NCBI RefSeq assembly: GCF_000227745.2
Contig: NC_018012.1
Location: forward strand, 3,499,412 to 3,531,411
Source of the DNA: Thiocystis violascens DSM 198
GTDB lineage: Bacteria; Pseudomonadota; Gammaproteobacteria; Chromatiales; Chromatiaceae
DNA: 32,000 bases
Direction of reading: 5' to 3'
Position 1 is the first letter of the stretch, and each line of letters starts with the position of its first letter. The notes beneath the pieces are model-generated. The model did not search any database. It had not been told where the DNA came from and was given only the letters and a program-made list of their open reading frames with translations. Positions 9,308 through 18,101 of the stretch are shown piece by piece. The position numbers were made by a program, and so were the translations under genes.

Positions 9308-11611
9308 ATGAATCTCGTTATCGTCGAATCGCCCGCCAAGGCCAAGACCATCGAAAAATATCTCGGACCCGATTTCGAGGTCATCGCCTCCTATGGCCAT
9401 GTGCGCGATCTGGTGCCAAAGGAGGGCGCCGTCGACACCGCGAACGGCTTCGCGATGAAATACCAGATCATCGACCGCAACGAGAAACACGTCCAGGCCA
9501 TCGCCAAAAAGCTCAAAGGGGCCACGGCGCTCTATCTGGCGACCGACCCGGATCGCGAGGGCGAGGCGATCTCTTGGCATCTGTATGAACTGCTCAAGGG
9601 CCGCAAGCAGTTGGGCGACCGACCGGTGCATCGGGTGGTGTTCAACGAGATCACCAAGCGCGCGGTCCAGGAGGCGGTCGCGAACCCCCGCGAACTCTCC
9701 TATGACCTGGTGAACGCCCAGCAGGCGCGGCGCGCGTTGGACTATCTGGTCGGCTTCAATCTGTCCCCGCTGTTGTGGAAGAAGATCCGCCGCGGACTCT
9801 CGGCCGGGCGGGTTCAGAGTCCGGCGCTGCGTCTGATCTGCGAACGCGAGAACGAGATCGAAGCCTTCGTCCAGCAGGAATATTGGACCATCGAGGCCGA
9901 TGCCGCGAAAGACGCCAAGTCATTCAGCGCCAAGCTGACGACCTTCGGCGGCGAGAAGGTGGAGCAGTTCACGATCGCCGGCGAGACGCGTGCCACCGAG
10001 GTGCGGCAGACGCTGGAACAGGCCGCCAACGGCAAGCTCAAGGTCGAACAGGTCGAGCGCAAGCAGCGCAAGCGCCATCCGGCCCCCCCTTTCATCACCT
10101 CGACCCTCCAGCAGGAAGCGGCGCGCAAGCTCGGTTTCACGACCCTGCGCACCATGCGGGTGGCCCAGCAACTCTATGAAGGCGTCGATGTCGGCGGCGG
10201 CGCGGTCGGTCTGATCAGCTATATGCGAACCGACTCGGTCAATCTGGCCCAGGAGGCCGTGGAGGAGATTCGCGTCTACGTGACCGAGCGCTATGGCGCC
10301 GCCGACCTGCCGGACCAGCCTCGTCTGTTCAAGACCAAGGCCAAGAACGCCCAGGAGGCGCATGAGGCGATCCGTCCGACCTCGATCCTGCGCGAGCCAA
10401 CGGTGGTCAAGGCGCATCTGACTCCCGAGCAATTCCGGCTCTACGAGCTGATCTGGAAACGGACCCTGGCCTGTCAGATGGCGCATGCGCTCATCAATCA
10501 GGTCGCGGTCGATCTGAGCGCGGGAGCGGGTAATCTGCTGCGCGCGACCGGCTCGATCATCGCCGAGCCGGGCTTCATGCGCGTCTATCTCGAAGGACGC
10601 GATGATGCCAAGAGCGCCGATGACGACGAGGAGCGGATGCTGCCGGAGATGCAGACCGGAGATCTGGTCGATCTGCTGGCCATTCGGCCCGAGCAGCATT
10701 TTACCGAACCGCCGCCGCGCTATTCCGAGGCGTCGCTGGTCAAGGAACTGGAGGAATTCGGCATCGGTCGGCCGTCCACCTACGCCTCTATCATCTCCAC
10801 TCTGCAGGATCGCGAATACGTCATCCTCGACAAAAAGCGCTTTTCGCCGACCGATGTGGGGCGGGTGGTCAACAAATTCCTCACCGAATATTTTACCGCC
10901 TACGTCGACTACGACTTCACCGCGCGCCTGGAGGACGAACTGGACGCGGTCTCGCGCGGCGAGGAGGAATGGGTGCCGCTGCTCGAAAATTTCTGGAAGC
11001 CTTTCAAGGAGTTGGTTGACAACACCCAGGAGAACGTCAAGCGTAGCGACGTGACGCAGGAAAAGCTCGACGAACTTTGTCCCAAATGCGGCGGGCCGCT
11101 GTCCATCCGACTCGGGCGCAACGGACGCTTTATCGGCTGCACCCAGTATCCCGACTGCGACTACACCCGCGACCTCAACGCCGACAAGGCAGAGGCCGAG
11201 GCACCGGAGATCGTCGAGGGCCGAACCTGCCCCGAGTGCGACGCCCCGCTGGAGATCAAGCGCGGTCGTTACGGTAAGTTCATCGGTTGCAGCGCCTATC
11301 CTAAGTGCAAGCACATCGAGCCGCTGGAGAAGCCCGAGGATACGGGCGTGGTCTGTCCCAAATGTCAAAAGGGCACGTTACAGAAGAAAAAATCGCGGCG
11401 GGGTAAGATTTTTTATTCCTGCTCCACCTACCCCAAGTGCGACTATGCGGTCTGGGACGAACCCATCGCCGAACCCTGTCCAAAGTGCGGCTGGGCGGTG
11501 ATGACCATCAAGACGACCAAGACCAAGGGCACAGCCAAGGTTTGTCCGCAAAAGGAATGCGGTTATCGCGAGCCGCTCGACCAGCCCGAGACGCAAGAGG
11601 CGGAGTCTTAG
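9308..11611 (+). CDS. topA: DNA topoisomerase I (type IA) with four C-terminal zinc-ribbon repeats
   Basis: MNLVIVESPAKAKTIEKYLG (Toprim), DPDREGEAISWH, YMRTDS active-site Tyr region, and four CPxC...C..C zinc modules at the C-terminus. Confidence 0.97.
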   Translation: MNLVIVESPAKAKTIEKYLGPDFEVIASYGHVRDLVPKEGAVDTANGFAMKYQIIDRNEKHVQAIAKKLKGATALYLATDPDREGEAISWHLYELLKGRKQLGDRPVHRVVFNEITKRAVQEAVANPRELSYDLVNAQQARRALDYLVGFNLSPLLWKKIRRGLSAGRVQSPALRLICERENEIEAFVQQEYWTIEADAAKDAKSFSAKLTTFGGEKVEQFTIAGETRATEVRQTLEQAANGKLKVEQVERKQRKRHPAPPFITSTLQQEAARKLGFTTLRTMRVAQQLYEGVDVGGGAVGLISYMRTDSVNLAQEAVEEIRVYVTERYGAADLPDQPRLFKTKAKNAQEAHEAIRPTSILREPTVVKAHLTPEQFRLYELIWKRTLACQMAHALINQVAVDLSAGAGNLLRATGSIIAEPGFMRVYLEGRDDAKSADDDEERMLPEMQTGDLVDLLAIRPEQHFTEPPPRYSEASLVKELEEFGIGRPSTYASIISTLQDREYVILDKKRFSPTDVGRVVNKFLTEYFTAYVDYDFTARLEDELDAVSRGEEEWVPLLENFWKPFKELVDNTQENVKRSDVTQEKLDELCPKCGGPLSIRLGRNGRFIGCTQYPDCDYTRDLNADKAEAEAPEIVEGRTCPECDAPLEIKRGRYGKFIGCSAYPKCKHIEPLEKPEDTGVVCPKCQKGTLQKKKSRRGKIFYSCSTYPKCDYAVWDEPIAEPCPKCGWAVMTIKTTKTKGTAKVCPQKECGYREPLDQPETQEAES

Positions 11612-11688
11612 AATCCTGTTAATCCTGTCCTATTCCGGAGCTTTCGTTCGTTTCCAGGCCGCCGCTGCGCCGCAAGGAAGGGGCTCCG

Positions 11689-11700
11689 GGCGCGGTTTGA
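11689..11700. repeat. Solo copy of the repeat terminus (GGCGCGGTTTGA), in the convergent topA / HDOD spacer
   Basis: 11/12 match to the right terminus of units 1 and 2. A weak left partner, TTAATCCTGTCC (8/12), lies 58 nt upstream at 11619-11630. Confidence 0.5.
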
Positions 11701-11706
11701 ATTGGG

Positions 11707-13212
11707 TCAGGATTTCCGGCGTGGACGCGAGGCGGCCAGGCTGAGCCCTAGGTTGGCCTGGCTGACAAAATATTTGAAGTCGTTGAAACTGGCGGCATCG
11801 AGCGCTCGTTTGCTCAGGCCGCGGTCGGTGTAGAAGAGTCCGATGCACTTTTGGTTGACGACGATGGGAGCAAGCATGAAGGGCGTGTATCCAACCAACT
11901 GAGTCAGGCCGCTGGGGATCAGGTGCGCGTACTCCTCGCAGTCACGGGCGGTCATCCAGTGCGGAAGTTTGCGATCCATGGTTTGGAACAGAATGTCGGG
12001 GGCATTGGCCCGACGGGTAAAGTGGAAACCGCTGGTCAGCTCGCCCTGATCCTGACCGAGCGCGTATTTCGCCTTGATGCCCTGCTTGTCGGGCGTCATG
12101 AGGGCGAACAGCACGCGATCCATGCCGACCCCACGGTAGATTCCCTCCAGCACCAGTTCCATGACGAGATTGAAGTCGCATTGACCCGCATCGAGAAAGG
12201 CCGTCAGTTCGCGCAGGATCTTGTTGCGCAGCGGAGCGTCTGGGTAGGGTTGGCTCGTTGGGGATACGGCGGCGGGCGATGATTCCAGCAACCGATCCGT
12301 GGTCGTCTGAGCGCGCTCGTCGGATTCGTTCAGACTGGGCAGGGGGATATGGATCGCGGCGAAACTGGCGCCGAGATCGGCTGCCAATTGGGTTGCCTCG
12401 TGCGCATTCCGATACAGCAGCGTTTTGGCCTCGCCGAGCGGGAGGTCGGTCAGTTTGGCCGCCTTGCGGGCCAGTTGATTCATCTCCTCCGTGCGCCAGC
12501 CCTTGTCCTCGGCGTGGCGCGCGATCTGTTGGCCCAGCACGACGGCCTGCATCCGTTCGTCCTTTTGAGTGGGGTGACTGATGGCCTTCTGCAGCAGTTC
12601 GGTGAGGTGCCATTCCTGGATCAGGTGTTTGCTCAGAAGGCTCAGCCGAAAGCCGAGCACCTGTTCCTGGGCCTGCTCCGGGGTGATGCCGGGCTGCTTC
12701 GACAGCCCTTCCAGGGTTTGGCCGATCTCGCCGCAGAAACACCAGAAGGCCATCTCTCCGATGCGCGTGAGAAGGGTGGCGATGAAGACTTCCTCGGGCG
12801 ATTTGTCGCCGCGCGCCGCAGCCAGCGCGCGCGCCTGGGTCGCGGAGTGCAGCGAGCGGGCCAGTTCGCGACTCAGGCGCTCTCTGGCGGCCCCCTTGAC
12901 CAGCGCGTCCACCAGAGTGATCGCCAGGCACATGTCGCGCACCGCATTGAAGCCAAGCAAGATGACGGCACGGGTAATGGTGCTGATGCCGGCGCCAGTC
13001 GGATTGTAGTAGATGGAATTGGCCAACTTGAGGACGCGGGCGGTCAGGGATGCGTCGTGCAGAATCACTCCGGCCAGTTCCGAGATCGGCGCCAGCTCAT
13101 CGTCCGCAAAGGCAATGACCTTCTGGGCCGTGTCGTCGAAGATCGGCATTTCCTCTTGGCGGATCAGTTCGACCCACTCGTCGAGGCTTTTAGGGGAGGT
13201 TTCGGTTTTCAA
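11707..13212 (-). CDS. HDOD domain plus C-terminal GAF domain signalling protein
   Basis: The N-terminal half has an HDOD signature (ISELAGVILHDASLTARVLKLANSIYYNP...ISTITRAVILLGFNAVRDMCL). The C-terminal ~160 aa is GAF-like (MELVLEGIYRGVGMDRVLFAL...CIGLFYTDRG). The start is a TTG at 13210-13212. Confidence 0.8.
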   Translation of the reverse strand: MKTETSPKSLDEWVELIRQEEMPIFDDTAQKVIAFADDELAPISELAGVILHDASLTARVLKLANSIYYNPTGAGISTITRAVILLGFNAVRDMCLAITLVDALVKGAARERLSRELARSLHSATQARALAAARGDKSPEEVFIATLLTRIGEMAFWCFCGEIGQTLEGLSKQPGITPEQAQEQVLGFRLSLLSKHLIQEWHLTELLQKAISHPTQKDERMQAVVLGQQIARHAEDKGWRTEEMNQLARKAAKLTDLPLGEAKTLLYRNAHEATQLAADLGASFAAIHIPLPSLNESDERAQTTTDRLLESSPAAVSPTSQPYPDAPLRNKILRELTAFLDAGQCDFNLVMELVLEGIYRGVGMDRVLFALMTPDKQGIKAKYALGQDQGELTSGFHFTRRANAPDILFQTMDRKLPHWMTARDCEEYAHLIPSGLTQLVGYTPFMLAPIVVNQKCIGLFYTDRGLSKRALDAASFNDFKYFVSQANLGLSLAASRPRRKS

Positions 13213-13377
13213 GTCGGTATCGGCGCGTTAATCAGCGTTAGACTATAGGCGAGCGGCGGAGGCATTGCCAGATGTGCCGATGAGCGCCACAGACCGATCG
13301 GTTGCCAGCCCGCCGAACCGCCACCTCGATTCCTGGCGTCCGCGCCGATAGGCCGGCAATTCTCGCGGATTGAATCA

Positions 13378-13941
13378 ATGTCCCACTTTCCTCGTCACCG
13401 CTTGCGTCGGGCCGCGCACGTCATCCGACAGGGCGGCGTGGTGGCCTATCCCACCGAAGCCGTCTACGGACTCGGCTGCGATCCCTGGAATCGGGCCGCC
13501 GTGTCCCGCATTCTCGCCATCAAGCAGCGGGATGTCTCCAAGGGTCTGATCCTGATCGCCGCCGATCCCGCTCAACTGACGCCCTTTGTCGAAGATCTGC
13601 CGGCCGCGCGCATGGCGGAAATCCGCGCGAGCTGGCCAGGTCCGCATACCTGGCTCCTGCCCATCCGTTCCATGACGCCCCGCTGGCTGACCGGTCGCTT
13701 CGACACGCTCGCGGTCCGGGTCACCGCCCATCCGCTTGCCGCCGGGCTGTGCCGCGCCTTTGGCGGCGCCATCGTGTCCACCAGCGCCAATCGGGCCGAT
13801 CGCCCGCCGGCCCGCACGAGCCTGCGGGTCCGACTGGCGCTGGAGGATGGGCCCGACCTTGTCCTCGCGGGTGCCTGTGGCGGATCCGGGCGTCCTTCCA
13901 GGATCCGCGACGGTCGCACGGGGCGGGTGCTACGGGGTTGA
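13378..13941 (+). CDS. tsaC: L-threonylcarbamoyladenylate synthase type 1 (TsaC/YrdC)
   Basis: GGVVAYPTEAVYGLGCDPWN, ILAIKQRDVSKGLILIAA, and STSANRADRPPA are YrdC-fold motifs. Confidence 0.9.
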   Translation: MSHFPRHRLRRAAHVIRQGGVVAYPTEAVYGLGCDPWNRAAVSRILAIKQRDVSKGLILIAADPAQLTPFVEDLPAARMAEIRASWPGPHTWLLPIRSMTPRWLTGRFDTLAVRVTAHPLAAGLCRAFGGAIVSTSANRADRPPARTSLRVRLALEDGPDLVLAGACGGSGRPSRIRDGRTGRVLRG

Positions 13942-14080
13942 ATGCGTTGTCAGTTGTCAGGTTTGTGCTTTTGACGCCTTGGAGCGTTGTCCTGTATCGA
14001 GCGCAGAGACTTGTCCTTGTCCAGTCCCGTCGGCATCTGATTGACATCGGCACATAAAAGACAAGACGAGAGGAATGACG

Positions 14081-15127
14081 ATGCTCAAGGCAACGGAAAT
14101 GGCGATCCGCTGGGTCGAACAGGGTAAGGCGCCGGATGCGGTCGTGCGCGCTGGGATTCGACTGCTGCTACGCCAGCGCCTGGCGAGTCTGCCGCTGCAC
14201 GACTGCGAGGCGGCGATGTGCCACAAACGCGAGTTCGTCGCCATGATGGACGCCGCTCCGATCGCCGAGGTGCCGGAGCGCGCCAACGAACAGCATTACG
14301 AACTCCCCGCGAGCTTTTTCGATCTCGTGCTGGGGCCGCGCCGAAAATACAGCAGTTGTTATTGGCCGGATGGAGTCAAGACCCTTGCGGAGGCGGAGGC
14401 GGCGGCGCTGCGCGTCACCGCCGAACGCGCTGGAATCGCGGACGGCCAGCGGGTGTTGGAGCTTGGCTGCGGCTGGGGCGCCTTCAGTCTCTATCTGGCG
14501 GAGCGGTATCCGAATTCCCGGATCACGGGCGTTTCAAACGCGCACGGTCAGCGCCAGTTCATCGAAGCGGAACGTGACCGTCTGGGGCTGACCAACCTGA
14601 CGATCGTCACGGCGGACATGAACGACTTCCAGGCCGAGGGTCAGTACGACCGCATCGTTTCGTTGGAAATGTTCGAGCACATGCGCAACCACCGCCAACT
14701 CTTACGGCGCGTCCACGATTGGCTCACGCCCGGCGGGCGCTTTTTGATGCATATCTTCGTGCATCGGGAGCATCCCTATCCTTTCGAGGACATCGGACCC
14801 AGCGACTGGATGAGTCATTACTTCTTTGCCGGCGGCATCATGCCGAGCGACGATCTGCCGCTGCACTTCCAGGATGACCTGAAACTGGTCACCCGCTGGC
14901 GTTGGGACGGTCGACATTACGAGCGCACGCTCAACGCCTGGCTGGCGCGCATGGATGCCGCCCGCGCGTCAATCTGGCCGATCCTGGAGGACACCTACGG
15001 CGCGGGCGAGGCGGCGACCTGGTGGATGCGCTGGCGACTCTTCTTCATGGCCTGCGCCGAGCTGTTCGGTTATCGCAAGGGTCAGGAATGGTTTGTCGGT
15101 CACTATTTATTTGCACGGCCAGCGTGA
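14081..15127 (+). CDS. Cyclopropane-fatty-acyl-phospholipid synthase family SAM-dependent methyltransferase
   Basis: ANEQHYELPASFFDLVLGPRRKYSSCYW, the SAM motif VLELGCGWGAF, and LEMFEHM. I prefer ATG 14081, which lies 7 nt after GAGAGGA. ATG 14075 is the longer alternative. Confidence 0.85.
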   Translation: MLKATEMAIRWVEQGKAPDAVVRAGIRLLLRQRLASLPLHDCEAAMCHKREFVAMMDAAPIAEVPERANEQHYELPASFFDLVLGPRRKYSSCYWPDGVKTLAEAEAAALRVTAERAGIADGQRVLELGCGWGAFSLYLAERYPNSRITGVSNAHGQRQFIEAERDRLGLTNLTIVTADMNDFQAEGQYDRIVSLEMFEHMRNHRQLLRRVHDWLTPGGRFLMHIFVHREHPYPFEDIGPSDWMSHYFFAGGIMPSDDLPLHFQDDLKLVTRWRWDGRHYERTLNAWLARMDAARASIWPILEDTYGAGEAATWWMRWRLFFMACAELFGYRKGQEWFVGHYLFARPA

Positions 15128-15378
15128 GTCTGGCGCCTGCGCATTCAGCCGAAACCGCGTTCGGTAGGGCAAACGTCGGGGTGAACGATCAGCCCGGAAG
15201 TTGGCAGAGCGCGCCGTCGTCGGAACCGACGCACGTTGGGACGCAATTCTGTCGTGTCCCGACGGGGCGATGCCGATCTGATTCGTCGTCCGGTGAATGC
15301 GTACTCATACGGAATGTTCCGGCGTGTCCGGATCAGTCAGAATTCAGATACCATCCATCCAATGATTCGCTAACTGTG

Positions 15379-15630
15379 ATGCATCTCGATCCAGCGATTA
15401 TCTATCATGATCTGAAGACCGATCTGGTGACCTTTAGAACTATTCTTGCCGACAGGACGTTAGCGGTTGACGAATTCGCGTCAACCCATCGCGAGACCAT
15501 CCGCCGGCACTACGCCAAGGTGGGTGGTTGCCCACTGGACCAGGAAACCGCCCATCAAGCCGCCGTTGCGCTCCTGGGTTATCTGCGACCTTCTCCGATT
15601 CAAAACGTCAGAACGCATTTAAACCGTTGA
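15379..15630 (+). CDS. Hypothetical small protein (83 aa), orphan ORF in the low-GC islet
   Basis: ATG-initiated tail of the 14902..15630 track ORF. There is no clear Shine-Dalgarno, third-position GC is lower than in neighbouring genes, and I recognise no family. Confidence 0.25.
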   Translation: MHLDPAIIYHDLKTDLVTFRTILADRTLAVDEFASTHRETIRRHYAKVGGCPLDQETAHQAAVALLGYLRPSPIQNVRTHLNR

Positions 15631-15771
15631 GGGCAATGATCGGAGCGTTTCTCTCGCATAGTGCCGACTTACGCACAAAACAGGCTGTCGCCTTTGTGTA
15701 CTCTGAATGGCGAACGATTCGATCGGATTGAACGTGTCGACAACCCAGAAGATGTCCGTGGAGAACGCACA

Positions 15772-15996
15772 ATGAATGAAGACGCCAGTTATTCCGATAT
15801 CCAGGCGTTGACGCCCAGGGAACGTATTGAATACTACAGGCGGGAATTGCGATGCGTCACCCCTCCGAAGACGTATCGCGAGCGGGTGTTGGCCAACGTC
15901 TATCATCACCTGCTGCAAAACGCCGGGGAACGGGAGGTTCCTTCTCGGGATGCCTCGTCGATCAATCCTTTTACAGCGTACCCGTTCATGTCTTGA
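15772..15996 (+). CDS. Hypothetical small protein (74 aa), orphan ORF in the low-GC islet
   Basis: GGAG lies 8 nt upstream of ATG 15772. The product is MNEDASYSDIQALTPRERIEYYRRELR... and I recognise no family. Confidence 0.35.
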   Translation: MNEDASYSDIQALTPRERIEYYRRELRCVTPPKTYRERVLANVYHHLLQNAGEREVPSRDASSINPFTAYPFMS

Positions 15997-16150
15997 ACGA
16001 ATCGGCAAAGGCTGGGGCGTGAAGACGGGCCTGTTTCAAAAAGACCGTGATCGCCCTGAAACCCCTTTCCGGACAGCGGGCCGCTGGAGATCCAGAATCG
16101 ATACGGCGGTGCGACAATCAATCACCGCCATCCGCCATTGTCGGCCGCGC

Positions 16151-16708
16151 TCAATGTTTGCGATGCCGAAAAACCCAGGGGGTCTGGTGTTCGCCTTTAC
16201 GGCTCCAGATCCCGCGCTTGGCCTTGCGGGCCTCGCGTTCGGCGCGAAAAAACCGGGCATCCTCGCAATAGCGCGCATAGACCGCGGCGTGACCGCTCCT
16301 GACCTGTTCCAGATTCAGCAGGAGCCGCTGTTTCGCTCCGACGCTGTAGACATCGCCCACCGTGCGCCCGTAGCGGTCCTTTTCGATCGGAACCAACTCC
16401 AACTGCCGGGTCGCGAGTTGGCGAAGCGAGGCGCGCGAGCGGTCGGACCAAGGCCGCTGTTTGTGCTCGGGGGCGTCGATGCAGTGCAATCGCACCTCAA
16501 CCCGCTCGCCCTGGCAGGTCAGCCGCAGCGAATCGCCATCCAGCACGGTATCCAGCCGGCAGGTGCGGCCCGAGGCGCCGAACGACCAGTTGGCCGGGAT
16601 CAGCCCCGGTCCCCAGCGTTCGACCGCCCAGGCGCCGACCAGGAGCAGGGCGATCGCCAGGGTTGAAAGCGGCGTGCGACGACGCACCCGAGGTCCGGAA
16701 TCAGCCAT
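16151..16708 (-). CDS. Thermonuclease (staphylococcal nuclease, SNase-like) with N-terminal signal/anchor
   Basis: DGDSLRLTCQGERVEVRLHCIDAPE...DRYGRTVGDVY...LNLEQVRSGHAAVY...AKRGIW match the SNase fold pattern. The N-terminus is hydrophobic (LSTLAIALLLVGAWA). The ATG at 16706-16708 overlaps the nhaD stop by 8 nt (ATGGCTGA). Confidence 0.85.
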   Translation of the reverse strand: MADSGPRVRRRTPLSTLAIALLLVGAWAVERWGPGLIPANWSFGASGRTCRLDTVLDGDSLRLTCQGERVEVRLHCIDAPEHKQRPWSDRSRASLRQLATRQLELVPIEKDRYGRTVGDVYSVGAKQRLLLNLEQVRSGHAAVYARYCEDARFFRAEREARKAKRGIWSRKGEHQTPWVFRHRKH

Positions 16709-18101
16709 TGAGCCACAGATGGACCGCGATGCTCGACAGGTAGCCGAGCGCGATCGCGGGCGTCCATTCCAGATGCGCGAAGAAGGTGTAGGTTCCGCGT
16801 GCTTGACCCATGAGCGCCACGCCAGCCGCCGAGCCAATGGACAATAGCGAGCCGCCGACGCCAGCGGTCAGGGTGACCAGCAGCCACTGGGTCTCGTTCA
16901 TCTCGGGATTCATGGTCAGGACGGCGAACATCACCGGGATATTGTCGACGATGGCCGAGAGGAAGCCGATCGACACGTTGGCAAGGGTCGGCCCCCATTG
17001 GTTGTACATCAGATCGGACGCCATCGCGAGATAGCCGAGCTGCCCGAGTCCGCCGACGCAGAGCACCACGCCATAGAAGAACAGCAGGGTGTCCCATTCA
17101 GCCCGCGCGACCTTGTTGAAGACATCGAAGGGGGTCATGTCGCCAACCAGCGTGGCCCGATCCTCGTTGCGTCGCTGCCAGCGCTGGTGGCTCATGCGCA
17201 GGTAAAACCCGAAAAACTGCAGATATCCAAGACCAGTGAGCATCCCCAGCACCGGCGGCAGATGTAGGAAGTTGTGGAAGCTCACCGCGGTGGCGATGGT
17301 CAGCAGAAACAGGACGATGATGCGCCGGGCGCCCCGTTTCATGTGCACATCCTCCGAGCTTGCCACCGGCTTGAGATTCGGGACGGCGAAGTGCATGAGG
17401 ATCGCGGGAACCGCGAAGTTGACCACGGCGGGCACGAACAGCTTGAAAAATCCAAAAAAGTCGACCATGCCCTTCTGCCAGACCATCAGGGTCGTGATAT
17501 CCCCGAACGGACTGAAGGCGCCGCCGGCATTCGCTCCCACCACAATGTTGATACAGGCGAGGGTGACGAAGCGCTTGTTGTCGCCGCCGACCGCCAGTAC
17601 CACCGCGCACATCAACAGGGCCGTGGTCAGGTTGTCGGCGACCGGCGAGATCAGGAAGGCGAGGATGCCGGTCAACCAGAACAGCGCGCGAAAACCGAAG
17701 CCCTTGCGAATCAGCCAGGCACGCAGCGCGTCGAAAACCTGCCGCTCTTGGAGCGCGTTGATATAGGTCATCGCCACCAGCAGGAACAGCATGAGTTCGG
17801 CGTATTCGAGCAGGTTGTGGCGGACGGCCTCGCCGGCCAGATGCGGCTCGCCCATCTGAGTGTAGACGTAGGCGATCAGGCACCAGATGACGCCGGCGGC
17901 GATGATGACCGGTTTGGATTTGCGTAGGTGCAGGAATTCCTCGGTCATGACCAGGGCGTAGGCCAGACCAAAGATAATCAGAGCGGTATAGCCGACGGCG
18001 TGCGTTGTCAGATCGATGGAGTTGGCGGTCTCTGACGCAAAGGCCGCAAAAGGGGCGAAGAGGGCGATGACGCCCATGAAAAAACGGGTCGCGGGGTGCA
18101 T
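16701..18101 (-). CDS. nhaD: NhaD-family Na+/H+ antiporter
   Basis: 466-aa polytopic membrane protein. The N-terminal signal-like segment and overall pattern (FLHLRKSKPVIIAAGVIW, SAIVDNIPV, GGSLLSIGSAAGV) are typical of the NhaD/arsenite-antiporter superfamily. Confidence 0.85.
   Translation of the reverse strand: MHPATRFFMGVIALFAPFAAFASETANSIDLTTHAVGYTALIIFGLAYALVMTEEFLHLRKSKPVIIAAGVIWCLIAYVYTQMGEPHLAGEAVRHNLLEYAELMLFLLVAMTYINALQERQVFDALRAWLIRKGFGFRALFWLTGILAFLISPVADNLTTALLMCAVVLAVGGDNKRFVTLACINIVVGANAGGAFSPFGDITTLMVWQKGMVDFFGFFKLFVPAVVNFAVPAILMHFAVPNLKPVASSEDVHMKRGARRIIVLFLLTIATAVSFHNFLHLPPVLGMLTGLGYLQFFGFYLRMSHQRWQRRNEDRATLVGDMTPFDVFNKVARAEWDTLLFFYGVVLCVGGLGQLGYLAMASDLMYNQWGPTLANVSIGFLSAIVDNIPVMFAVLTMNPEMNETQWLLVTLTAGVGGSLLSIGSAAGVALMGQARGTYTFFAHLEWTPAIALGYLSSIAVHLWLNG

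Noticed and set aside
15150-15239. Possible fourth, degenerate copy of the repeat element: CGAAACCGCGTT at 15150-15161 and GACGCACGTTGG at 15228-15239.
   Set aside because: The matches are only 9/12 and 7/12, the spacer is 66 nt, and the interiors show no similarity. This is within chance for a GC-rich CG-containing motif. It is mentioned only as context for the islet.
14902-15378. 5' portion of the 242-aa ORF 14902..15630.
   Set aside because: It overlaps the 3' end of the methyltransferase gene out of frame and continues through non-coding-looking DNA. Only the ATG-initiated 83-aa tail is kept, and only as a low-confidence candidate.
15619-16008. 129-aa minus-strand ORF in the low-GC islet.
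   Set aside because: It is antisense to the better-supported 74-aa ORF, which has a Shine-Dalgarno. Its sequence is R-rich and irregular, and it has no ribosome-binding site.
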